A DNA stretch of 64,000 nt from Solirubrobacterales bacterium (GCA_035703365.1 DASSYI010000007.1:1696-65695); one strand, 5' to 3'; positions 18,195-26,670 are shown, counted from the first letter of the stretch. Program-made: numbers and translations. Notes: generated by a model not told the origin, from the letters alone.

Positions 18195-18893
18195 TCAGCC
18201 CTTGGCGCTGCCGCCGGCGGGCGAGTTTTCGATCAAGTACTGGACCAGGTCTTCGAGTTCTTTGGGGCTGAGGAGTTCGCCGAAGTTCGGCGGCATCACG
18301 TTCGGCTGGTAGCCCTTGACGATCTCTGCGTTGGGTTCGACGATCATCTCTTCGATCGAGGCCGCGTCGTCGTCGGGGGCCAGCGATTCGTCCAGGTTGG
18401 GGCCGGTGACGCCGCCGGATTTGGCGGCGGCGAAGGTGTGGCAGTTGCCGCAGCCGTTGCTGGCGTAGACCTGCGCGCCGGGGCCGCCGGGTACCTTGGG
18501 CGGCGCCGCGCCGGGGACGCCGGCCCATTCGCCGACGTAGGCGGCGACGTCGTCGAGGTCCTGGCCGGTGACGATGTCGGCGGGCATCGAGACAGCGGTG
18601 TTGCCGTTGCTGGGTCGCGGGTACTCGACCTGTGCTTTGACGACCCCCTCGATCGTGTCCGAATCGTTGCCTTCTTCACGCGCCGCGGCGAAGGCGTGGT
18701 CGAGGTTCGGGCCGGTCTGGCCGGTGGCTCCGGCCTGCGCCAGCGCGTGGCAGGTGCCGCACTTGACCCGGAAGAGTTCGCGCCCCCGCTGCGGGTCGGC
18801 GTCGGTGGTGCCGCAGCCCGAGGCGACCGCCATGAGGGCGGCAAGGGCCAGGAGGGCGAGCAGCGGGGGGATGAGTTTCGATACGCGGGCCAT
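18195..18893 (-). CDS. Dihaem c-type cytochrome lipoprotein
   Basis: Trimmed to ATG at 18893. It has a lipobox (LMAVASGCG) and two CxxCH motifs (CGTCH, CGNCH), each followed by TGPNLD. Confidence 0.88.
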   Translation of the reverse strand: MARVSKLIPPLLALLALAALMAVASGCGTTDADPQRGRELFRVKCGTCHALAQAGATGQTGPNLDHAFAAAREEGNDSDTIEGVVKAQVEYPRPSNGNTAVSMPADIVTGQDLDDVAAYVGEWAGVPGAAPPKVPGGPGAQVYASNGCGNCHTFAAAKSGGVTGPNLDESLAPDDDAASIEEMIVEPNAEIVKGYQPNVMPPNFGELLSPKELEDLVQYLIENSPAGGSAKG

Positions 18894-19019
18894 GGGGTGT
18901 AACGCGGGGCGGAGTCTATATGTCGGCGATGCCGGGAAGCGTGTCGTCAGGCACGGTCGCCAGGTAGTCTTTGAGGCGATCCGCACTAACTTTGAAATCA
19001 CGGTGACGGGAGGTCGCAG

Positions 19020-19433
19020 ATGCAGGTGAAGGACGGGATGTCGGAGATCACCTTGACCGTGGGCCCGTCCCACACGCTGCGTGAGGCGGCCGAGAAGATG
19101 GTCGAGAAAGGCACCGGCGCGGCGCTCGTGATCGACGCCGAGTTGCCGACGCCGTCGGTGGTCACCGAGCGCGACCTGCTGATCTCGATCGCCCGGGGTC
19201 AGGACCCCGACCGCGAGCACGTCGCCGACCACATGAGCGAGGGGGTCCTCACCGCCGCCCCCGACTGGAGCCTCGAGCGGGCGGCCGCCGAGATGTCCCG
19301 CCGCGGCGTCCGCCACCTCGTCGTCTTCGAAGAGGCGGAGGCGATCGGCGTCCTCTCGATGCGCGACATCGTCCGCTGCTGGACGTCAGACGGGGCAACG
19401 TCAGAAATGCGATTGCCCGACCCGACGGGCTGA
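19020..19433 (+). CDS. CBS-pair domain protein
   Basis: 137-aa ORF with two CBS-like segments (GAALVIDAE...VVTERDLL and RHLVVFEEAEAIGVLSMRDIV). Confidence 0.8.
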   Translation: MQVKDGMSEITLTVGPSHTLREAAEKMVEKGTGAALVIDAELPTPSVVTERDLLISIARGQDPDREHVADHMSEGVLTAAPDWSLERAAAEMSRRGVRHLVVFEEAEAIGVLSMRDIVRCWTSDGATSEMRLPDPTG

Positions 19434-19510
19434 GACCAAGCAGATCAAGGACGCAGGGAGCGTGGCGTGCTCTGCACGCGAGCGACCGAGGACGCCGATA
19501 TGCGCCGGTA

Positions 19511-19804
19511 TCAGCCCGTCGGCGGGGCGGAGATGGTTTCCACGGGGAGAGCGGCCCCCCGAGTCTCCTGGCGGCGCGGCAGGCGGTAGTAGTCGCGGAC
19601 CGAGCCGCGGACGATGCTGCGGAAGGCGGCGAGGGCGAAGATCAGGCCGAGCAGGCCCCAGATCTTCGGGGCGAAGATGAAGCCGGCCGCGTAGGTGCCG
19701 CAGATCAGCCCCAGGGCGCCGATGGCGAAGAAGATCGGGGCCCAGGAGGGACGCGGCAAGTAGATCGTCTCGCCCGGCTCGGGAACCTGTCGATGATCGG
19801 TCAC
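19511..19804 (-). CDS. Small membrane protein resembling the C-terminal half of actinobacterial oxidase subunit IV (CtaF-like)
   Basis: 97-aa ORF with 2 TM. LPRPSWAPIFFAIGALGL...RDYY resembles the FSPHSWWPI...EYY region that I recall from mycobacterial CtaF. Confidence 0.6.
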   Translation of the reverse strand: MTDHRQVPEPGETIYLPRPSWAPIFFAIGALGLICGTYAAGFIFAPKIWGLLGLIFALAAFRSIVRGSVRDYYRLPRRQETRGAALPVETISAPPTG

Positions 19805-19813
19805 GTCGAGCTC

Positions 19814-19927
19814 CTACTGGGCGATGTAGAGGAAGGCGGCGACGAAGCTGAGGGCGAAAATGCCGGCGGCGATGCCGCCTGCAACCAGCCCCGCTTTCAT
19901 CTGCCTGCGTGCGGTCTCGCGATCCAT
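19814..19927 (-). CDS. Untracked 37-aa single-TM mini-ORF
   Basis: My translation is MDRETARRQMKAGLVAGGIAAGIFALSFVAAFLYIAQ. It ends 9 nt upstream of the CtaF-like start. No strong Shine-Dalgarno sequence is visible. Confidence 0.3.
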   Translation of the reverse strand: MDRETARRQMKAGLVAGGIAAGIFALSFVAAFLYIAQ

Positions 19928-19985
19928 GAAGTGGGATTTCTATCAGGGATGGGGGCGCTAAGGAGGGTCCTGCGCCAAGCGTTGA

Positions 19986-20089
19986 GGAGGGTCGGGTACC
20001 CCTCTGCCAAAGACCGTCGCGCAGCTGGGCGAATTTGAGGGCGCCGCCGTGATTTCTTGAGCCTTTGTCAGAGGGGTACCCGACCCTCC
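19986..20089. repeat. Perfect 21-bp inverted repeat with a 62-nt spacer
   Basis: GGAGGGTCGGGTACCCCTCTG (19986-20006) has its exact reverse complement CAGAGGGGTACCCGACCCTCC at 20069-20089. It lies between ctaB and the mini-ORFs. Confidence 0.9.
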
Positions 20090-20125
20090 ATCCGGGCCGC
20101 GCTGAGGCTTCGGGGGTGGCTCTGG

Positions 20126-21040
20126 CTAGACGTTGGCTGCGATGGCCATCGAGAGGAAGAGCAGCGCTAGGTAGGCGAGGGAGAAGAGGTAGGTCCGCAG
20201 GGCCCAGCGGCGGTCTTTGGTGCGGAGGAGGCGGGCTGCGTAGTAGATGAAGCCGGCTCCGAGGAGGACCGAGGGGATCAGGTAGGCGACTCCGAGGCCG
20301 CCGGCGCAGAAGGGGAGCTGGGTTACGGCGTAGAGGAGGACCGTGTAGAGGAGGATCTGGCGGCGGGTCTCGTCCTCGCCGCGGACGACCGGCAGCATCG
20401 GGATCCCGGCCTTGGCGTACTCGTCCTTCATCAGCAGCGAGAGAGCCCAGAAGTGGGGCGGGGTCCAGAAGAAGATGATCGCGAACATGTAGAAGGCCAT
20501 GCCGCTGAGCTCGCCCGTGACGGCGGCCCAGGCGACCAGTGGCGGCACGGCGCCGGCCGCGCCGCCGATGACGATGTTCTGCGGCGTGCGGCGCTTCAGC
20601 CAGAGGGTGTAGACCCCGACGTAGCCGACGAAGCCGCTGAGCGAGAGCGTTGCCGCCAGGGGGTTGACGGTCAGCGAGAGCAACAGGAACGAGGAGGCGG
20701 CCAGAAGGAGGCCGAAGATCGTTGCCGCCTGCGGGGAGATGCGGCCGGCGGCGACCGGGCGGGTGGCGGTGCGCGCCATCGTCCGGTCGATGTCGCGGTC
20801 GACGGCGTGGTTGATCGCGCCGGCGCCGCCGGCGGAGAGGGCGCCGCCGAGGCAGGTGAGGAGGATCAGGCCGAGCGAGGGGTCGCCCGCCACGTACATC
20901 GTCGTCACCGTCGTGAATAGCAGCAGCGACTGCACCTTCGGCTTGGTCAGCGTCAGGTAGTCGCGGACGACGGTGGGGAGGACCGAGCGGGTGGCCGCCG
21001 TCGGATTGGGCGCGGTCTGCGCGCCGGCACCGGATTGCAT
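20126..21040 (-). CDS. ctaB: Protohaem IX farnesyltransferase (haem O synthase)
   Basis: 304-aa UbiA-family ORF with NHAVDRDIDRTMARTATRP. Confidence 0.9.
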   Translation of the reverse strand: MQSGAGAQTAPNPTAATRSVLPTVVRDYLTLTKPKVQSLLLFTTVTTMYVAGDPSLGLILLTCLGGALSAGGAGAINHAVDRDIDRTMARTATRPVAAGRISPQAATIFGLLLAASSFLLLSLTVNPLAATLSLSGFVGYVGVYTLWLKRRTPQNIVIGGAAGAVPPLVAWAAVTGELSGMAFYMFAIIFFWTPPHFWALSLLMKDEYAKAGIPMLPVVRGEDETRRQILLYTVLLYAVTQLPFCAGGLGVAYLIPSVLLGAGFIYYAARLLRTKDRRWALRTYLFSLAYLALLFLSMAIAANV

Positions 21041-21045
21041 GGCGC

Positions 21046-22731
21046 TCAGGCTACCGGCTGCGATTCGCGCGACGCCGCCCGCTCGGAGCGACGGGTGCGA
21101 TGGCCGATCGCCTCACGGATGTCGCGCAGCGGGCGGGCGCTGCGGACGTCGGGGAGGACGTCGAAGTTGTGCGGCTCCGGCGGCGAGAGGGTGAACCACT
21201 CCAGCGTGTCGCCGCCCCACGGGTCATGGCCGGCCTCGGGGCCGTTCTCGCGGCTGGCGATGGCGTTGACGATCGTCAGCAGGATCCCGATGGAGAGGAC
21301 GAAGACGCCGATCGAGGCGATCACGTTGTAGGCGGTGACGCCGGTGCCGGCGAAGTACTTGTAGGCGTCGATCACCTGACCCTGCTCGGTGCCGGCGAAG
21401 AACAGCGGCACGAAACCGAGCAGCAGGCCGGTCATGATCGTCCAGAAGGAGATTCGGGCGAGGGTCTCGCCCATCGTCCGTCCGGTCATCTTCGGGAACC
21501 AGAAGTGGAGCGCGGCGAAGCCGCCGAAGACCGAGCCGCCGATCAGGGTGAAGTGGGTGGCCGCAGTCGAGTCGACCGTGTTCTTCAGGTGCCAGGCGGA
21601 GGCGACCAGCGAGTGGCAGAGCTCGGAGGCGAGGCCGACCGTGATCGCGAAGATCGCCCCGGTTGCGAAGAGCAGCGGCGCCCGCATGTGCAGGGTGCCG
21701 CCGGCCAGGGTCGCGATCAGGTTGAAGAGGACGAGCCCGAAGGGGACGATCAGCGCCAGCGACATCAGCATCGCGAAGTACATCCAGCCGATGCCGATCG
21801 GCGCGGTCAGCATGTTCTGCATCCAGGCCATGGTCCCGATCACCGCGATCGCGGCCAGCGCGGCCATCACCACGGTGCGGTTGAAGAGCGGTTTGCGCGA
21901 GAAGGCAGAGGCGATTTCGGCGATCGCGCCGAAGGCGAAGATCAGGATCAGCATGTAGGCGCCGGTGTAGAAGATCCAGCTCAGGTGCTGCCAGAGGAGC
22001 GGCGCGCCGCCGGAGCCGTCGGCGAAGAAGATCCCGTCGTAGTGGCGGTCGATCATCAGCATCGTCAGCGCCGCCAGCAGAACCGGGCCGATCACGACCA
22101 TCAGCCAGGAGCCGACCGCGGCGGCCCAGGCGAAGACCGGCACCCGGCGCCAGGCCATTCCCGGCGCCCGCATCGTTTTCAGCGTCGCGATCAGGTTGAT
22201 CGCGAGGAAGACGAAGCCGAGGGTCGCGAGCCCCGACGAGGTCACCCAGGCGTCGACGCCGTTGTTGGAGAGGAAGGCCTTCTCGCTGAGCGGCGCCAGC
22301 GGGTTGACGCCGGCCTCAGACGGGGTGAAGAGGAAGGTCGCGTAGAGGGCCACGCCGCCGGTCACCCAGAGCGCCAGCCCGGTCTGCCCGAGGCGCGGCA
22401 GCGCCGTCCCGCGGGCGCCGATCTGCAGCGGCGTCACGTAGTAGAAGAGCCCCATCGTCAGCGGCAGCGCGAAGAGGAAGATCGCGCTGGCGCCGTAGAG
22501 CGAGAGCATCCGGTTGAAGGCGACGGGGGAGAGGAAGGTGTTCTCCGGCACCAGCAGCTGGATCCGCATCAGCACCAGCTCGACGAGGGCGAGGAAGAGG
22601 AAGCCGAGGGCGCCGCAGATCAGGATCTGCCCGATCTCCTTGTGGTCGGCGCTGGTCGCGAGCTGCGCCCAGCGCGGGCGCTTGGGGCTGTAGCCGCCGG
22701 CGACGAGCTCGGGGCGCGGGCTGGGGCTCAT
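21046..22731 (-). CDS. Haem-copper oxidase subunit I-like protein lacking 5 of 6 canonical His ligands
   Basis: 561-aa, 12-TM ORF with clear COX1 anchors (SADHKEIG, TMRAPGM, WFPKMTGR). The ligand columns read Y, T, QN and A. See findings. Confidence 0.9.
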   Translation of the reverse strand: MSPSPRPELVAGGYSPKRPRWAQLATSADHKEIGQILICGALGFLFLALVELVLMRIQLLVPENTFLSPVAFNRMLSLYGASAIFLFALPLTMGLFYYVTPLQIGARGTALPRLGQTGLALWVTGGVALYATFLFTPSEAGVNPLAPLSEKAFLSNNGVDAWVTSSGLATLGFVFLAINLIATLKTMRAPGMAWRRVPVFAWAAAVGSWLMVVIGPVLLAALTMLMIDRHYDGIFFADGSGGAPLLWQHLSWIFYTGAYMLILIFAFGAIAEIASAFSRKPLFNRTVVMAALAAIAVIGTMAWMQNMLTAPIGIGWMYFAMLMSLALIVPFGLVLFNLIATLAGGTLHMRAPLLFATGAIFAITVGLASELCHSLVASAWHLKNTVDSTAATHFTLIGGSVFGGFAALHFWFPKMTGRTMGETLARISFWTIMTGLLLGFVPLFFAGTEQGQVIDAYKYFAGTGVTAYNVIASIGVFVLSIGILLTIVNAIASRENGPEAGHDPWGGDTLEWFTLSPPEPHNFDVLPDVRSARPLRDIREAIGHRTRRSERAASRESQPVA

Positions 22732-23426
22732 GGGGTTTCTCCGTTTTCGATCTGGCCGACGACCTTTTCCTGTGCGGCCTCGATCTCTTCAGCCTGCGTT
22801 TCGACGAACTCTTCGTATTCCTCTGGCGAGACGACCTCGACTTCGGTCCGCATCGCCGCGTAGGCCTGGCCGGAAAGGGTGGCGGAGTCGCCCAGGTAGG
22901 CGCCTTCCTCGTCGGCGCTGAAGAGCACCTTGTTGGTCTTGCCCGGCACCGCGTCGGCCTTACGCGCCAGTTCTTCCACATTCCAAGTGTGGACGACGTC
23001 GGTCGACTGCAGCTCGAGCTCCACAGCGGTGTCGACCGGGACCACCAGCTTGTAGTAGGAGAAGGCGCCGTTCGGGTAGTCGTAGCGCCACAGCCACTGC
23101 TGGCCGGTCGCTTCGATCTTCAGCGGTTCCGATTTGTCCGAGGCAAGGCCCGCCTCGCCGGTCGTCGGCTTTTCCCGGGCGTTGTCGGTGAAGACAATCC
23201 CGAGGATGAAGAGCAGCGCCGCAAAGACGGTGAGGACGCCCCCGACCCGGAACTGCAGGCGCCGGCCGCCGAGCAACTGGCGCGGCTCGGCCCCCCGCTC
23301 GCCGCGGTAGCGGCGGACGACATAGAGGAGCGCGCCGACGATCGCGACGATCAGGATCGCCGCGGCGAAGAAGCCGATCCAAAACAGCGTGTCGATCTGG
23401 TCCGTGCCAGGGGAGTGGGACGCCAA
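22728..23426 (-). CDS. Oxidase subunit II-like protein without CuA ligands
   Basis: 232-aa ORF with 2 TM plus a cupredoxin-like domain (GQQWLWRYDY, DVVHTWNV). The CuA CxExCGxxHxxM stretch reads SATLSGQAYAAM. It has an ATGA overlap with the subunit I-like gene. Confidence 0.85.
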   Translation of the reverse strand: MASHSPGTDQIDTLFWIGFFAAAILIVAIVGALLYVVRRYRGERGAEPRQLLGGRRLQFRVGGVLTVFAALLFILGIVFTDNAREKPTTGEAGLASDKSEPLKIEATGQQWLWRYDYPNGAFSYYKLVVPVDTAVELELQSTDVVHTWNVEELARKADAVPGKTNKVLFSADEEGAYLGDSATLSGQAYAAMRTEVEVVSPEEYEEFVETQAEEIEAAQEKVVGQIENGETP

Positions 23427-23507
23427 AGCGCGGCCATTCTATTCACGCTGGGCGGCGCGACGCCCTCCCGGCCGGCTTCTGGCCCCGGACCTATACTCGC
23501 CGCCGCT

Positions 23508-24452
23508 ATGCGGAAGCGCTCCCGGCCATCGAATGCGCTCCATCTGGCGGTGCGGGCCGGCGCCCTCGGCGCGGTCGGCGCGGCCGTGGCGGTCCCCCTG
23601 CTCCGGCGCCGGTTGCGAATCCCGACCGCCGCCACCGTGACCGCCGTCGCGGCCGGCCCGTTGGCGCTGGCCGTGTTGAGTCCGCGCTCGAAGCGGCGCG
23701 ACGTCGTCCTCTTCGCGCTGCAGATGTGGGCCTTCACCGTCGCCCACGAGCTCCCTTATGACGACCCCGAGCGGCTGAAATCACGGCTTCGCACCCTCTA
23801 TCCGATCCACAGCGACCGGATCATCGGCGCAGGTCAGCTGCCCAACGTCCGCCTGCAGCGCGGTTTGGCCCGTCTGCCGCAGGTCGGGGCGCTGAACAAA
23901 TTCCTCGCCTGGACCCACTGGCTCTGGTTCATCGTGCCCTACGCTTCGCTGAGCTGGATCCTCGTCCGGCACAACGAGCGCTTCCCGCGCTCGGCGCGCC
24001 AGATGGCCGCCGTCTTCGACCTTGGCTGCGTCCTCTACTTCGCGGTCCCGACGGCGCCGCCGTGGTGGTCCTCCGAGCAGGGCCTGACCGGAGAAGAGGT
24101 GCGGCGGATCATGGTCGAGGTCGGCGAACCGACTTGGGGCCGGGCCTGGGAGCGGATGTACGACGCCCTCGGCGGCAACCCGTGGGCGGCGATGCCCTCG
24201 CTGCACTTCGCCACCTCGCTGCAGGCGGCGCTTTCGCTCTCGGAAGCGGGGAAGGTGGAGGGCGCGCTCGGCTGGGGGTACGCGGGCACGCTCGGCTTCG
24301 CCCTCGTCTACCTCGGTGAGCACTACGTCACCGACCTGATCGCCGGCGCGGTCCTGGTGGCGGCCGTGCGCAAGGGCGAGCCGCTCGCCGAACCCCTTAT
24401 ACGCAGGGTAAATGGAGGGCTACAGAGACTGGAGAGAATCGCGAGCGGGTAA
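23508..24452 (+). CDS. PAP2-superfamily membrane phosphatase/phosphotransferase
   Basis: Trimmed to ATG at 23508. This polytopic protein carries the PAP2 motifs MPSLHFATS and GEHYVTD. Confidence 0.7.
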   Translation: MRKRSRPSNALHLAVRAGALGAVGAAVAVPLLRRRLRIPTAATVTAVAAGPLALAVLSPRSKRRDVVLFALQMWAFTVAHELPYDDPERLKSRLRTLYPIHSDRIIGAGQLPNVRLQRGLARLPQVGALNKFLAWTHWLWFIVPYASLSWILVRHNERFPRSARQMAAVFDLGCVLYFAVPTAPPWWSSEQGLTGEEVRRIMVEVGEPTWGRAWERMYDALGGNPWAAMPSLHFATSLQAALSLSEAGKVEGALGWGYAGTLGFALVYLGEHYVTDLIAGAVLVAAVRKGEPLAEPLIRRVNGGLQRLERIASG

Positions 24453-24525
24453 TTTCCTACTCGTGTCTCCGGAGAACTCGGCTAACGGGGAGAGCCCGGC
24501 TAACGGGGAGAACCGCATCGCCGAA

Positions 24526-25641
24526 ATGCCGATCTTCACGACGCGGCGGCTGATCCAGACGATCGTCGTCGTCTTCCTCCTGCTCGGCGCGATCTACTTC
24601 CTCTTCCCGAAGCTGATCGGCCTCGGCGACGCGCTGGGCAAGCTCGACGAGGCCGACCCGCTCTGGATCGCGATCGCGATCGGGTTCAACGTGCTCGCCT
24701 ACGCGACCTATATCGCCCTCTTCAAGGCGGTGGTCGGCGGCGACGCGCTGCGCCTCACCTGGTCCGAGACCTACGAGATCAACATGGCCGGGGTCGCCGG
24801 GACGCTGCTCTTCTCTGCCGGCGGCGCCGGCGGCATCGCCGTCACCTACTGGGCGCTGCGCAAAGCGGGTATGCAGCGCCGTGACGTCGCCCGGCGGATG
24901 GTCGCCTTCGTCTCGCTTCACTACGCCTTCTACCCGATCGCCCTGATCGTCTTCGGGATCCTGCTGCGGACCGGGGTCCTCAACGGAGAGGACTCGGTCG
25001 AGCTGACGATCATCCCCGCCGCCGTCGCCGGCCTGCTGCTGATCCTCGGCGTCCTCGTCACTCTGATCCCGCCCGACGCCGAGCATCGCCTCGCCCGCTT
25101 CGCCCACAGCGAGCGATCGCGGAGCTGGTTGGAGACCGCCGGGAAAATTCCCGCCACGCTCGGGGAAGGGTTCCGCTTCGCTCTCGGCCTCTTCGCGCAT
25201 CCCCGCCGCGGCGGCCTCGCGGTGATCGGCGCCGCAGGCTTCTGGGCCGCGAGCATCGGGGTCCTCTGGGCCTCCTTCCACGCCTTCGGCGTCCACGTCC
25301 CGCTGGCGGTGGTCGTCCAGGGCTTCTTCCTCGGCATGGTCGCCAACCTCTTCCCGCTGGCGCCGGCCGGGGTGGGGGCGGTCGACGCCGGCATGATCGG
25401 CGCCTTCGTCCTCTTCGGGATCCCCGAGGAGACCGTCTTCCCGGCGATTCTGATCTTCCGGCTGGTTGCCTTCTGGATGCCGATCCCGCCGGGGATCTTC
25501 GCCTTCTTCCAGCTCCGCCACACCGTGCACCGCTGGGAAGAAGAGGGGTTGCCGGCCGAGCGCGGTGGCGAGCCCCACTCCCCGGTGGAGGAGGTCGCGG
25601 CGATTGCCTTCGACCCCGGAGAGAGCTACTATAAAAAGTAA
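24526..25641 (+). CDS. Flippase-like (lysyl-PG-synthase TM-region/UPF0104-like) membrane protein
   Basis: Polytopic ORF. The start is ambiguous: ATG at 24526, GTG at 24463, or the track start at 24412, which overlaps the PAP2 gene. Confidence 0.65.
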   Translation: MPIFTTRRLIQTIVVVFLLLGAIYFLFPKLIGLGDALGKLDEADPLWIAIAIGFNVLAYATYIALFKAVVGGDALRLTWSETYEINMAGVAGTLLFSAGGAGGIAVTYWALRKAGMQRRDVARRMVAFVSLHYAFYPIALIVFGILLRTGVLNGEDSVELTIIPAAVAGLLLILGVLVTLIPPDAEHRLARFAHSERSRSWLETAGKIPATLGEGFRFALGLFAHPRRGGLAVIGAAGFWAASIGVLWASFHAFGVHVPLAVVVQGFFLGMVANLFPLAPAGVGAVDAGMIGAFVLFGIPEETVFPAILIFRLVAFWMPIPPGIFAFFQLRHTVHRWEEEGLPAERGGEPHSPVEEVAAIAFDPGESYYKK

Positions 25642-25665
25642 AGTAATAGACTCCAGGCGGCAGAC

Positions 25666-26670
25666 ATGGCAGAGCAGAAGAAGGTCGAGAACGTAATCAT
25701 CGTCGGCGGCGGGCCCGCCGGCTACACCGCGGCGCTCTACACCGCGCGCGCCAACCTCGAGCCGCTCGTCTTCGAGGGCTTCCAGTGGGGCGGCCAGCTG
25801 CAGAACACGACCGATGTGGAGAACTACCCCGGCTACCCCGAGGGGATCATGGGGCCGGAGATGATGGCCCAGTTCCGCGCCCAGGCCGAGCGCTTCGGGA
25901 CCCGTTTCGTCACCGACGACGTCGACCGGGTCGAGCTCTCCGACGGCGGCGTCCACAAGGTCTTCCTCGGCGACGAGGAGCACCGGGCTAAGACCGTGAT
26001 CCTGGCGATGGGGGCGGAGCCGAAACGGCTCGGCGTCCCCGGCGAGATGGAGCTCGGCGGCCGCGGCGTCTCCACCTGCGGCGTCTGCGACGGCGCCTTC
26101 TTCAAAGACCAGAACGTGATCGTGGTCGGCGGCGGAGACTCGGCGATGGAGGACTCGATCTTCATCTCCAAGTTCGCCAAGAAGCTGACGATCGTCAACC
26201 GCCGCGACGAGTTCCGCGCCTCGAAGATCATGTTCGAGCGGGCGCGCGACAAGGAGAACATCGACCTCAAGACGCCGTTCGTCGCCGAGGAGTTCCTCGC
26301 CGGCGAGAGCGGCAAGCTGGAGAAGGTCCGCCTGCGGAACGCCGAGACCGGCGAGCAGGAGGAGCTCGCCACCGACGGCGCTTTCGTCGCGATCGGCCAC
26401 GTGCCGAAATCGGAGATCGTCAACGGCCAGGTGGAGACCGACGAGGACGGCTACATCGTCACCGAGGCCGGGTCGACCCGGACCAACCTCGGCGGCGTCT
26501 TCGCCGTCGGCGACGTCGTCGACCACACCTACCGCCAGGCCGTGACCGCGGCCGGGACCGGGTGCATGGGTGCGCTCGACGCCGAGCGCTACCTGCGCGA
26601 CGCCGACGTGCCGGTCGAGGCGCACTGGATGCCGGGCGGCGAGCCGGCCGAGATCGCCACCGGTCCCTGA
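25666..26670 (+). CDS. trxB: Thioredoxin-disulfide reductase
   Basis: FAD motif IIVGGGPAGYTAALY, redox CxxC (CGVCDG) and NADPH motif VVGGGDSAMEDS, in a 334-aa ORF. Confidence 0.92.
   Translation: MAEQKKVENVIIVGGGPAGYTAALYTARANLEPLVFEGFQWGGQLQNTTDVENYPGYPEGIMGPEMMAQFRAQAERFGTRFVTDDVDRVELSDGGVHKVFLGDEEHRAKTVILAMGAEPKRLGVPGEMELGGRGVSTCGVCDGAFFKDQNVIVVGGGDSAMEDSIFISKFAKKLTIVNRRDEFRASKIMFERARDKENIDLKTPFVAEEFLAGESGKLEKVRLRNAETGEQEELATDGAFVAIGHVPKSEIVNGQVETDEDGYIVTEAGSTRTNLGGVFAVGDVVDHTYRQAVTAAGTGCMGALDAERYLRDADVPVEAHWMPGGEPAEIATGP

Noticed and set aside
19793-20250. Tracked + strand ORFs 19793-20038 and 20065-20250 in the ctaB-downstream gap.
   Set aside because: They span the 21-bp inverted-repeat arms and run antisense to better candidates. 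They have low-complexity Gly/Arg composition.
25666-26670. The TrxB redox motif reads CGVC rather than the textbook CATC.
   Set aside because: Both cysteines and their spacing are intact, and all the cofactor motifs are present. I regard this as ordinary family variation, not a finding.
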